A stretch of 64,000 bases of DNA from Alphaproteobacteria bacterium (lineage in GTDB: Bacteria > Pseudomonadota > Alphaproteobacteria > CALKHQ01). Shown here in pieces: positions 11,006-19,365 of the stretch. Within the stretch, counting starts at the first letter, position 1. Each line of letters starts with the position of its first letter. Where the stretch lies: assembly GCA_965227515.1 (NCBI GenBank), contig CBDDFZ010000002.1:800001-864000 (forward strand). The letters are read 5' to 3'. The translations under genes and the position numbers were made by a program. Below the pieces are notes generated by a model. The model was not told the DNA's origin. It made no database searches and saw nothing but the letters and a program-made list of their open reading frames with translations.

Positions 11006-12002
11006 CCTTCTCGCGGGCCTCATGCTCGCCGGCCTGATGCTCGCGGGCCTGATGCTGGCGGGCGGCAGCGCGTCGGCGGCGGAGCTGTTCCAGCTTCCGG
11101 TCGACTGCACGCCGGGCGAGGATTGCTGGATCGCGCAGTATTTCGACACCGAATCGGGGGTCGAGGCGGCCGACCATCTGTGCGGCGTCATGACCTATGA
11201 CGGCCACAACGGCACCGATTTCGCGATCGCCAACTACCGCCGCATGGCGGACGGCGTGTCGGTGCTGGCGGTCGCACCCGGCGTGGTGGTCGGCGCGCGC
11301 GACGGCATGGTCGATTTTCGCGGTCCGGCCAACCCCCAACGCGTCGAAGGCCGGGGATGCGGCAACAGCGTGGTGATCGACCATGGCGACGGCCTGGTCA
11401 CCCGCTACTGCCATATGCGCAACGGCTCAGTCACGGTGGCATTGGATGATCAGGTGGCGGCCGGCGACGTGCTGGGGCTGGTCGGACAGTCCGGGCTCGC
11501 CGACTTTCCGCACTTGCATTTCACCGCGCAATTCAACGGCGTCGATTTCGATCCGTTCACCGGCCTGCCTGCCGACGGCTGCGGCTTGGCCGGCCTGGGG
11601 CGGTGGGACCCTGCCGTGGCGGTCGACCTGCCATACTTTGCCGCCGTGCCCTATACCGCCGGCTTCGCGCCGATGGAACCGCGGGCCGAAGACGCGCAGT
11701 TCGGCCGGTTCGCCGACGTGATCATCCTGGAGACCGACCTGGCGTTGATGCTGTGGGTCGACCTGTTCGGCGTCAGGGCGGGCGACAGCGTCGCCATGCA
11801 GATCACCGCCCCCGACGGCAGCGTGTTCGCCACCGAGACGTTTCGGATGGATGGCGACGAGGCGGCGCAGTTCCAGCACATCGGCCGGTTTCGCGGCGAT
11901 GCGCTCTGGCCGACCGGCGATTACCTCGGCACGGTCACGGTGACCCGCGCCGGCGACGGTCACGTCTGGACCACCGAGACAGCCGTGACGGTGGTCGAGT
12001 AG
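10962..12002 (+). CDS. M23 family metallopeptidase (exported)
   Basis: HNGTD (HxxxD), YCHMRNGS, VGQSG..FPHLHF (HxH); overlaps the pbpC stop; hydrophobic N-terminus. Confidence 0.9.
   Translation: MPMATARARKSGWSSLLAGLMLAGLMLAGLMLAGGSASAAELFQLPVDCTPGEDCWIAQYFDTESGVEAADHLCGVMTYDGHNGTDFAIANYRRMADGVSVLAVAPGVVVGARDGMVDFRGPANPQRVEGRGCGNSVVIDHGDGLVTRYCHMRNGSVTVALDDQVAAGDVLGLVGQSGLADFPHLHFTAQFNGVDFDPFTGLPADGCGLAGLGRWDPAVAVDLPYFAAVPYTAGFAPMEPRAEDAQFGRFADVIILETDLALMLWVDLFGVRAGDSVAMQITAPDGSVFATETFRMDGDEAAQFQHIGRFRGDALWPTGDYLGTVTVTRAGDGHVWTTETAVTVVE
11010..11063 (+). repeat. 15-bp tandem repeat (about 3.6 copies) encoding LAGLM in the M23 signal peptide
   Basis: CTCGCGGGCCTCATG CTCGCCGGCCTGATG CTCGCGGGCCTGATG CTGGCGGGC. 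Confidence 0.85.
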
Positions 12003-12075
12003 CAGCAGCGTTGCGACTGACCTCTCTTTCTTTCTCTCACCGTCATCAACACTGTTGATCGCTTCCAACCACTAT

Positions 12076-12163
12076 CGTCATGCCCGCACTTGTTGCGGGC
12101 ATCCACGTCTTTGGATCGGCCGACGACAAGTCGTGGATGGTCGGGACAAGCCCGACCATGACG
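12076..12163. repeat. CGTC-tagged palindromic repeat dimer, second subfamily
   Basis: CGTCATGCCCGCACTTGTTGCGGGCATCCACG...CGTGGATGGTCGGGACAAGCCCGACCATGACG: head-to-head hairpin dimer. Confidence 0.85.
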
Positions 12164-12190
12164 ATTGTAAATGATTTCAATGAGTTTCAC

Positions 12191-12319
12191 CGTCATTGCG
12201 AACCCTAGGGCATGCCCCCTGGACAGGCGCCGCGAAGCAATCCAGGCGTTTTCTATGTCGTTGTTACCATTGCTCTGGATTGCCGCGTCGCGCCGTTACC
12301 GGCGCTCCTCGCAATGACG
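12191..12319. repeat. CGTC-tagged palindromic intergenic repeat
   Basis: CGTCATTGCGA...GCGAAGCAATCCAG...CTGGATTGCCGCGTCGC...CTCCTCGCAATGACG. Confidence 0.85.
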
Positions 12320-12361
12320 GCAAGATGAGAGGATGGCAGCCATTCAATCACCCCGGGCATT

Positions 12362-13159
12362 TCACCCGCCGTGTCGTCCGGCGAACCGGGCAACATGGGT
12401 GACGGCGAACAGGGCTGCGGCCGTCACCACCATGGTCGGCCCGGTCGGGCTGTCGGCGGCAAACGAGATGCCGAGGCCGCCCAGGGCCGCAACCACGCCG
12501 ATGGCGACCGCCAGCAGCGCCATCGCCTCCGGCGTGCGGGTCGGCGCGCGCGCCGCCGCCGCCGGCACGATCAGCATGGCGGCAATCAGCAGGGCACCGA
12601 CCACCTTGATCGCCACCGCAACGGTCAGCGCCAGTGCCACGGTCAGCACGAGCTGCTCGCGGCGCGGGTCGATGCCGCTGGCGACGGCCAGGTCGCCGTC
12701 CAGGCTCGCCGTCAGCAATGCCGACCAGCGCCACGCCAGCAGCGCGAGCACCGCCGCGGCCCCGCCCCAGATCACCGCCAGATCGGTTTTGCTGACCGCC
12801 AGGATGTCGCCGATCAGGTAGCTCATCAGGTCGACACGCACGTCGGCCATGAACGACACCGCGACCAGGCCGGCGGCGAGCGCCGTGTGCGACATCACGC
12901 CCAGCAGCGTGTCGGTTGCCTGGCCCCGGCCGCTGAGGGCGGCGACCAGCAGCGCCATCATCAGCGCCACCGCCACCACGCCCACGTAGATCGAGATCGA
13001 GAACCCAAGAGCCACGGCCACGCCCAGGATGGCGGCGTGCGCGGTGGCGTCGCCGAAATAGATCATCCGCCGCCACAGGATGAAGCAGCCCAGCGGCCCG
13101 GCGGTCAGCGCCAGGGCGACGGCGGCCAGGCCGGCGCGCACCATGAAGTCGTCCAGCAT
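12362..13159 (-). CDS. znuB: Zinc ABC transporter permease
   Basis: GPLGCFILWRRMIYFGDATAHAAILG, YLIGDILAV, KVVGALLIAAMLIVPAAAAR. Confidence 0.95.
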   Translation of the reverse strand: MLDDFMVRAGLAAVALALTAGPLGCFILWRRMIYFGDATAHAAILGVAVALGFSISIYVGVVAVALMMALLVAALSGRGQATDTLLGVMSHTALAAGLVAVSFMADVRVDLMSYLIGDILAVSKTDLAVIWGGAAAVLALLAWRWSALLTASLDGDLAVASGIDPRREQLVLTVALALTVAVAIKVVGALLIAAMLIVPAAAARAPTRTPEAMALLAVAIGVVAALGGLGISFAADSPTGPTMVVTAAALFAVTHVARFAGRHGG

Positions 13160-13923
13160 CAGGCCGCGGCCCCGTCATCGTTATGGTGATCGTGACCGTG
13201 GCCGTGGTCATGACCGTTAGATGGGTCGTGAACGTGGTCGTGGTGATGCTCGTAGAGCGCGAACGCATCGCGCCCGAACAGCGCCCGGTATTCCGGTGCG
13301 GCGGTCACGAATGTTGGGGTGCCCTGGCAGCAGATATGGCCGTTCAGGCAGATCACCCGGTCGGACGCGCCCATCACGACGTTGAGGTCGTGGCTGACCA
13401 GCAGCACCGCGCAGCCCAGGTCGTGGCGCACGTCCGCCAGCAACCGGTAGAAGGCCGCGATCGCCGGCTGGTCCAGGCTCTGGGTCGGTTCGTCCAGCAC
13501 CAGCAGATGGGGCCGGTCGGCCAGCGCGCGGGCCAGCAGGACGCGCTGCAACTGGCCGCCGGACAGCGTTGCCATCTGCTGGCGCTCCAGCCCGTCGGCG
13601 CCCACGCGGGCCAACGCGTCGGCAACATCCTTACGCGGGCGCCGACGGGGCAGGTTGAGGAACCGCTCGACCGTCATCGGCATGGTCGCGTCGACGGCCA
13701 GCCGTTGCGGCACGTAGCCGATCTTCAGGCCGCGCATGCGGCGCAGGCGGCCGCCGCTGGGCCGCAGCGCGCCGATAAGTGCGCGTACGAAGGTCGACTT
13801 GCCAGCGCCGTTGGGGCCGACCACGGTCACGATCTCCGACGGCTCGATCGTGAAGTCGACGTCGTGCAGCACCCGGCGCCCGCCGGCGTCGACCGCCAGG
13901 GATGCGGCTGTGAGCAAGCTCAT
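13159..13923 (-). CDS. znuC: Zinc ABC transporter ATP-binding protein
   Basis: GPNGAGKST, LSGGQLQR, LDEP, VICLNGHICCQGTP, His-rich tail. Confidence 0.95.
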   Translation of the reverse strand: MSLLTAASLAVDAGGRRVLHDVDFTIEPSEIVTVVGPNGAGKSTFVRALIGALRPSGGRLRRMRGLKIGYVPQRLAVDATMPMTVERFLNLPRRRPRKDVADALARVGADGLERQQMATLSGGQLQRVLLARALADRPHLLVLDEPTQSLDQPAIAAFYRLLADVRHDLGCAVLLVSHDLNVVMGASDRVICLNGHICCQGTPTFVTAAPEYRALFGRDAFALYEHHHDHVHDPSNGHDHGHGHDHHNDDGAAA

Positions 13924-13947
13924 GCGCGAAAGCCCCTATGAAGTTCC

Positions 13948-13970
13948 GTGATGTTATAATATAACATTTC
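13948..13970. promoter_or_regulatory. Zur box between divergent znuC and znuA
   Basis: Perfect palindrome ATGTTATA-A-TATAACAT (13951-13967) followed by TTC; matches the proteobacterial Zur consensus GAAATGTTATA-W-TATAACATTTC. Confidence 0.92.
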
Positions 13971-14009
13971 TTGCTCTGACAGAGGCCGCGACGCGTGGGA
14001 GTTTTCGGA

Positions 14010-14996
14010 ATGGGGGCAAGATGGGCGTTGGCGCCATGGGCTGCAATGGTCTTGGTCGCCGGAACCGCATTGGCGGGCCTTGCGGGGGCCAGCGCTGCCC
14101 GGGCAGAGGGGCCGTCGGTCGTGACCGATATCGCGCCGGTGCAGTCGTTGGCGGCGACGGTGATGGAGGGGGTCGGCACGCCGACCCTGATCCTGCCGCC
14201 GGGGGCTTCTCCGCACGGCTATGCCATGCGCCCGTCGGAGGCTGCAAGCCTACAGGACGCCGATATCGTGTTCTGGGTCGGCCCAGCGCTGGCGCCGTGG
14301 CTGGCGCGCGCCATCGACAACCTGGCGCCGGATGCGCTCGTGGTCGAGCTGATGGCGGTCAAGGGCGTGAAACTGCTGGCGTCGCGCGTCGAGCACGCCC
14401 ACATCGCCGACGGCCACGGCCATATCGAGGCCCATGATGGGCACGATAACGGCCTGCAAGGCCGCGCCGCCGTGGACCCGCACGTCTGGCTGGATCCGGT
14501 CAATGGCATCGCCTGGCTCGACGCCATGGCCACGGCCCTGTCGGAGGCCGACCCGGCCAATGCCGAACGCTACCGCGCCAATGCCGAAGCGGGGCAGGCG
14601 GCGCTGCAGGCCTTGACCGACGACATCGCGGCCCGGTTGGCGCCGGTGGCCGGCTTGCCGTTCGTGGTGCGGCACGATGCCTTTCACTACTTCGAGCATC
14701 GCTTCGACCTGGGCAGTGCCGGCGCGATCGCACTCGGTGACGCCGTGGCACCGGGGCCGGCGCGGCTGGCCGAGGTCGTGACCCTGGTCCGCGACCGCAA
14801 CGTCACGTGCGTGTTCACCGAGCCCCAGTTCGACGAGGGGCTGGCCGAAACGGTGGCCGAGGGCAGTGGGGCCAGGATCGTGGTGCTGGACCCGCTGGGC
14901 ACCGCGCTGGAGCCGGGTCCCGCCCTCTATGGGCAGTTGTTGGACGACATGGCCGATACAGTGGCCGGGTGCCTGTCCGGCTCAGGCGCTCACTGA
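14010..14996 (+). CDS. znuA: Zinc ABC transporter substrate-binding protein
   Basis: Signal peptide, GASPHGY, His-rich loop, DPHVWLDP, HDAFHYFE, CVFTEPQF, LDPLG. Confidence 0.94.
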   Translation: MGARWALAPWAAMVLVAGTALAGLAGASAARAEGPSVVTDIAPVQSLAATVMEGVGTPTLILPPGASPHGYAMRPSEAASLQDADIVFWVGPALAPWLARAIDNLAPDALVVELMAVKGVKLLASRVEHAHIADGHGHIEAHDGHDNGLQGRAAVDPHVWLDPVNGIAWLDAMATALSEADPANAERYRANAEAGQAALQALTDDIAARLAPVAGLPFVVRHDAFHYFEHRFDLGSAGAIALGDAVAPGPARLAEVVTLVRDRNVTCVFTEPQFDEGLAETVAEGSGARIVVLDPLGTALEPGPALYGQLLDDMADTVAGCLSGSGAH

Positions 14997-15997
14997 CCGG
15001 CCGGATTCACCGTCAGGTCGACGACCAGCGGCAGGTGGTCGGAGCCATTGGGGGCGCCCACCGTCACGTCGCGGACGGCAACGGATGAGTCGACCAGCAC
15101 ATGGTCGATGGGAATGCCGAACCAGCCGAACATCGAAAGCCAGGTCGCAACATAGCCGTAGCCGTCGGCGGCATTGCGCAGCTCGGTGGCCTCCATCAGG
15201 TCGTTCCACAGCGGCGAGTACGGCGTGGTGTTGAAGTCGCCCAGCATGATGGTGGGGTGTTCCGCGTCCGCCACCGCCTCGGCCATCGCCTCCAGATAGC
15301 GCCGGCGTACCGACATATAGCGTTCGCGGATCGGATAGGGCGGGTGGACGGCAATCACGCTGATCAGCCGGCCGTCGATCTCGATCTCCGCGGACGGGAA
15401 GACCAGGCCGAAGCCGCGGCCGTCGCGGATGTCGAAATGCTGGATCGGGTGCCGGCTGAGCAGGATGACGGACTGGTGGTACTCCCAAATCAGCGGCGCC
15501 GCGTAGGGATAGAGCTCGATCAGTTCGGCCGGCGGGTCGTAGGACCACGGCGTGGTCTCCTGTAGCGCGATCACGTCTGCGTCGTAGGCTTTGATCTGCT
15601 CCAGGACCTGGCCGGGCGTGGGGTTGTTGGAGAGCATGTTGATCGAGGCGATGCGCAGCTCCAGCCCGTCGTCGGCCGCGGCCGGGCCGCCGGACGGCAG
15701 ATAGGCGGGCGCTAGCCACCAACCATGAACGGCCATGCAGGCAATCGTCGCCAGGGTCGCGATGCGCCGCCGGCAGGGGATCGCGAAGGCCAGGACCACC
15801 AGACCGATCAGCACGTAGTGCATCCGGAAATGGGTCAACAGGTCGAACGGCCACCAGGTCCGGGCGAAGAACGTCAGCGCCGTGGCCCCGAGCAGGCACA
15901 GCATCACCAGTTCGACCGGCGGCCACACCAGTTCGCGCCAATCGAGGCGTCGGCGGCGGGCCGGCCGTGCGTCGATGGTCTGGTCGGAGGCTGTCAC
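14990..15997 (-). CDS. Membrane-anchored endonuclease/exonuclease/phosphatase family protein
   Basis: N-terminal TM helices; DVIALQE, GDFNTTP, IDHVL, GSDHLPL. Confidence 0.88.
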   Translation of the reverse strand: MTASDQTIDARPARRRRLDWRELVWPPVELVMLCLLGATALTFFARTWWPFDLLTHFRMHYVLIGLVVLAFAIPCRRRIATLATIACMAVHGWWLAPAYLPSGGPAAADDGLELRIASINMLSNNPTPGQVLEQIKAYDADVIALQETTPWSYDPPAELIELYPYAAPLIWEYHQSVILLSRHPIQHFDIRDGRGFGLVFPSAEIEIDGRLISVIAVHPPYPIRERYMSVRRRYLEAMAEAVADAEHPTIMLGDFNTTPYSPLWNDLMEATELRNAADGYGYVATWLSMFGWFGIPIDHVLVDSSVAVRDVTVGAPNGSDHLPLVVDLTVNPAGQ

Positions 15998-16271
15998 GTG
16001 TCGATGCTGCCTGTTGGGGGACGAACGAGTGCGTGGTGCGCGGTCAAGGTGCCGAAATTATGGCGCCCGGCGTCATCAGTGTGCCTGGCAATGGTGTCGG
16101 TCGCGTAAAGGCCGGGCGGTGGTTGGCTTGGCGCCACCATGACGGCGGCCAGCCGATGCGGTTATACCAGTCCCGCCATGACGGGCACGCGAATCGCGCC
16201 TGGGGAAGGACGCAGCATGAGCATGCGACGCGCAACAGCAAGGGGATGTGGGCGTTGAGGCCGCGGTCGTG

Positions 16272-17579
16272 ATGCGCGCCCTGGTGAGACTTGGCGACCT
16301 GCTGGAGCGCGCCAACATCTGGATGCTGGTCGGCCTGACCGTCCTGGTGCGCGCGCTGGTGGCGGTTTTCGCGCCGGCGTTTCCCAACCTTCCCGATGCG
16401 CTGGCGTACAGCCAGGGCGCCCAGCAATTGTGGGCCGCCGGCCAGATCGTCGACAACAATACCCTGCCGGTCTATCCGCTGTTTCGGCTGATCACGGGCG
16501 ATGGGGTGGCGACTCTGATTGCCGAGTTCCTGCTCTCGGGCCTGTGCGCATGGCTGCTCTTCCTGCTGGCGCAACAGCTCGGCGGCCGGCGGTTGGCCGG
16601 TGTGCTCGCCGCGCTGGTCTGGGCGATCTACCCGATGGCGGCGTTCTATGCCGTGGTCGGGCTGACCGAGAACTTCTTCGTCGCCTTGATGCTGGGGGCG
16701 ACGGTGCTGCTGTACCGCCGCAGCTACTGGGCGGCATCGCTGCTGCTGGTGCTGGCCGGCCTGACCCGTGGATCGGTGGAGATCGTCGGCCTGCTGATGG
16801 TGGCATCGGCGGCGGTCATCGTGCATCGGGAGCGCTGGGCCGTCACCGGGCGCGCCGTGGCCGTCTATGTGGCGCTGTACGTCGTGCTGTCAGCGCCCTG
16901 GTGGTGGCACAACTACGAGAAGTTCGGCGTGTTCGAGCGCACGACCCTGGCCGACGGCGTGGTGCTCTATGCCGGCAACAATCCGTTGAACTGGTCGGGC
17001 GGCGGGGTCGGCGACACCGCCAACGCGCCGCCGGACTTCGACATGGCGCAGTTCGACCATCTGCTGGGCGACCCGGTGGCGCGGCGCGACGCACAGGTGG
17101 CCGCCGCGATGGACTTCATCTCCGAGAACCCGGATCGGTTCGTCGAACTGGCGTGGATCAAGTTCCTGCGCTTCTGGCGGCTGACGCCCTTCACGCCCGA
17201 CTACCAGGTGTGGTGGATCGATGCGCTGCTGATCGTCAGCTACGGCCCGGTCCTGGCGTTCGCGATCTGCTATCTGGCGGTGTTCGGGTGGCGACGGTTC
17301 TGGCACCTGTCACCGGTTCTGGGGTTCATCGCCTTCGTCATGCTGGTGCACATGGCGACCATCGCGTCGATCCGCTACCGCTTCCCGGTCGAGCCGTTCC
17401 TGATCGTGTTCGCCGCGATGTTCGTCGACCGCGTGTGGCCGCGCGGCAGGTCGGACGATGGGACCTACGAGGCGAGCTTGGCGTCCGCACCCGCTTCGGC
17501 GCGGGCGTCGGCACCGTCGTCGGCATCGTCGTCGGGAATGCCGGCCAGTACCTCCGGCCAGCCCGACCAGGGGCCATAG
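16272..17579 (+). CDS. ArnT/PMT-like (GT-C fold) membrane glycosyltransferase
   Basis: Multi-TM; PDALAY, PVYPLF, LTENFF, PWWWHNY, LYAGNNP, RYRFPVEP. Confidence 0.78.
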   Translation: MRALVRLGDLLERANIWMLVGLTVLVRALVAVFAPAFPNLPDALAYSQGAQQLWAAGQIVDNNTLPVYPLFRLITGDGVATLIAEFLLSGLCAWLLFLLAQQLGGRRLAGVLAALVWAIYPMAAFYAVVGLTENFFVALMLGATVLLYRRSYWAASLLLVLAGLTRGSVEIVGLLMVASAAVIVHRERWAVTGRAVAVYVALYVVLSAPWWWHNYEKFGVFERTTLADGVVLYAGNNPLNWSGGGVGDTANAPPDFDMAQFDHLLGDPVARRDAQVAAAMDFISENPDRFVELAWIKFLRFWRLTPFTPDYQVWWIDALLIVSYGPVLAFAICYLAVFGWRRFWHLSPVLGFIAFVMLVHMATIASIRYRFPVEPFLIVFAAMFVDRVWPRGRSDDGTYEASLASAPASARASAPSSASSSGMPASTSGQPDQGP

Positions 17580-19342
17580 ACCTCGCGCTCGAACGTCTCG
17601 GCATCGATCGGCTTGGAGACGAGATAGCCCTGGGCGTACTCGCAGCCCAGACGGCGCAGCTCGCGCGCGATCTCCACGGTCTCCACGCCTTCCGCCACCA
17701 CGGCCAGGCCCAGACTGTGCGCCAGTTCCATCGTGGAGCGGACGATTGCCGCATCATGGGTGCGTTCGATCATCGGGCCGACGAATGCCTTGTCGATCTT
17801 CAACTCGTGAACTGGCAGCCGGGTGAGATAGGCGAGCGACGAGTAGCCGGTGCCGAAATCGTCGATGGAAAGCCGGATGCCGGTTTCCGCCAAGGCATGG
17901 GCGACCGCCAGCGCGGTATCGGCATCGTGCATGACCGCACTTTCCGTCACCTCAATGGTCAGCTTCTCCGGCGGGATGTTGAGGGCGCTCAGATGCTCGG
18001 CGACGTCCTCCGCCAGCGCCACGTCATACATCATGCGCGCCGACAGGTTGATGGCGACGCCCATGTCGATATTGCGCCGCCGCCAGTCGGCCATCTGCGC
18101 GCAGGCCGTCTCCAGTGTCAGCCGGGTCAGGTCGTTGATCAGGCCCGTGCGCTCGGCCTGGATGATGAACTCGTCGGGTGAGATGTGGCCGAGCTTCTCG
18201 TGGTGCCAGCGCGCCAGCGCCTCGGCGCGCTGGACGCGGCCGCTGGCGAGGCACAGCTTCGGCTGGTAGTTGAAATAGATGTCGGCGTTCTCGATCGCGC
18301 GCTTCAGTTCGCCGGTCAGGGTGAGATGGCGGATCGAATTGTGGTCGGCGGAGGCGTCGTAGACCGAGACGGTGTGTCCGTTGTCCTTGGCCAGATACAT
18401 CGCCACGTCGGCGCACTTCATCAGGCCGCTGTCGTTGGTGGCATTCTCCGGGTGCAGGGCCACGCCGATGGAGCTGCCGATGCTGATCGACAGGTCGCGC
18501 AAGGTGAATGGGCGCGCGATCTCGGCGCCGAACCGCTCCGCCATCGCCGAGGCGGAGTCCGCGTCCGGGCAGTCCGGCAGGATGATCGCGAACTCGTCGC
18601 CGCCGAGCCGCGCCACGATTTGATTGGGCTTGGCCAGATTTGTCAGCCGCCGGGCGACCTGGCACAGCAACTCGTCGCCGACATCGTGGCCCAGGGTGTC
18701 GTTGATGTCCTTGAACCGGTCCAGGTCGATCAGCAGCAGCGAGAAGCCGGTTGGCCCGGTGCCGGCATCGACTTCCGCAATCAGCCGGTTCAGGTGCGCG
18801 CCGAGACTTGGCCGGTTGGGCAGCTTGGTCAGCGCATCGTGATTGGCCTGGAACTCCAGCCGGCGCTGCTGGGCGCGGCGCTCCGAGATGTCGCGCAGCA
18901 CGACGACCGTGGACCGTTCGCCGCCGGCATCGGTGCGGTTGATCGCGTATTCCACCGGGAATGCGCGTCCGCCCAGGCTCCTGGCGTCGGTCTCGTGATA
19001 GCTGCTGTCGTCCGCCGCACCTTCGGCCTGCGCTGCCAGCCGCACCGCGACGGCAGGCAGGATCTCGGCCAGCGGAATGTCTTCGGGCGCGCGCTCGCCC
19101 ATTTCGAACAGCTTCGCTGCCGACTGGTTCGCCGCGGCGATCCGTCGTTCGGAGTCGATGATCAGGATGCAGTCGAAGGTGGTTGCGAAAATACCCGACA
19201 TCACCGCATCGGACCGGCGCAGCCGCACCGCCCGGTTGGCCGCGATATCGGCGTTGCGGTCCGAGATCATCACCCGGTAGCGCTGCACATATTGCTGCAA
19301 TGCGTTGCCGCGTGAGGCGTTCTTGAAGGAGTTTGAGAACAT
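17465..19342 (-). CDS. PAS-GGDEF-EAL diguanylate cyclase/phosphodiesterase
   Basis: PAS ending RDISER; HDALTKLPNR, DLDRFKDINDTLGH, RLGGDEF; YQPK, AEALAR, EVTES, IDDFGTGYSS, KID, AEGVE, QGY. Start at ATG 19342, 23 nt after the HerA stop. Confidence 0.93.
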   Translation of the reverse strand: MFSNSFKNASRGNALQQYVQRYRVMISDRNADIAANRAVRLRRSDAVMSGIFATTFDCILIIDSERRIAAANQSAAKLFEMGERAPEDIPLAEILPAVAVRLAAQAEGAADDSSYHETDARSLGGRAFPVEYAINRTDAGGERSTVVVLRDISERRAQQRRLEFQANHDALTKLPNRPSLGAHLNRLIAEVDAGTGPTGFSLLLIDLDRFKDINDTLGHDVGDELLCQVARRLTNLAKPNQIVARLGGDEFAIILPDCPDADSASAMAERFGAEIARPFTLRDLSISIGSSIGVALHPENATNDSGLMKCADVAMYLAKDNGHTVSVYDASADHNSIRHLTLTGELKRAIENADIYFNYQPKLCLASGRVQRAEALARWHHEKLGHISPDEFIIQAERTGLINDLTRLTLETACAQMADWRRRNIDMGVAINLSARMMYDVALAEDVAEHLSALNIPPEKLTIEVTESAVMHDADTALAVAHALAETGIRLSIDDFGTGYSSLAYLTRLPVHELKIDKAFVGPMIERTHDAAIVRSTMELAHSLGLAVVAEGVETVEIARELRRLGCEYAQGYLVSKPIDAETFEREVYGPWSGWPEVLAGIPDDDADDGADARAEAGADAKLAS

Positions 19343-19365
19343 CTGGGGCGCTCGGGCGCTTGTCG

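Noticed and set aside
5211-11191. Very long antisense or alternative-frame ORFs (5211..8846, 8714..11191; likewise 40307..42997 and 53995..55869)
   Set aside because: They overlap well-supported genes and carry no motifs; expected from stop-codon scarcity in high-GC DNA.
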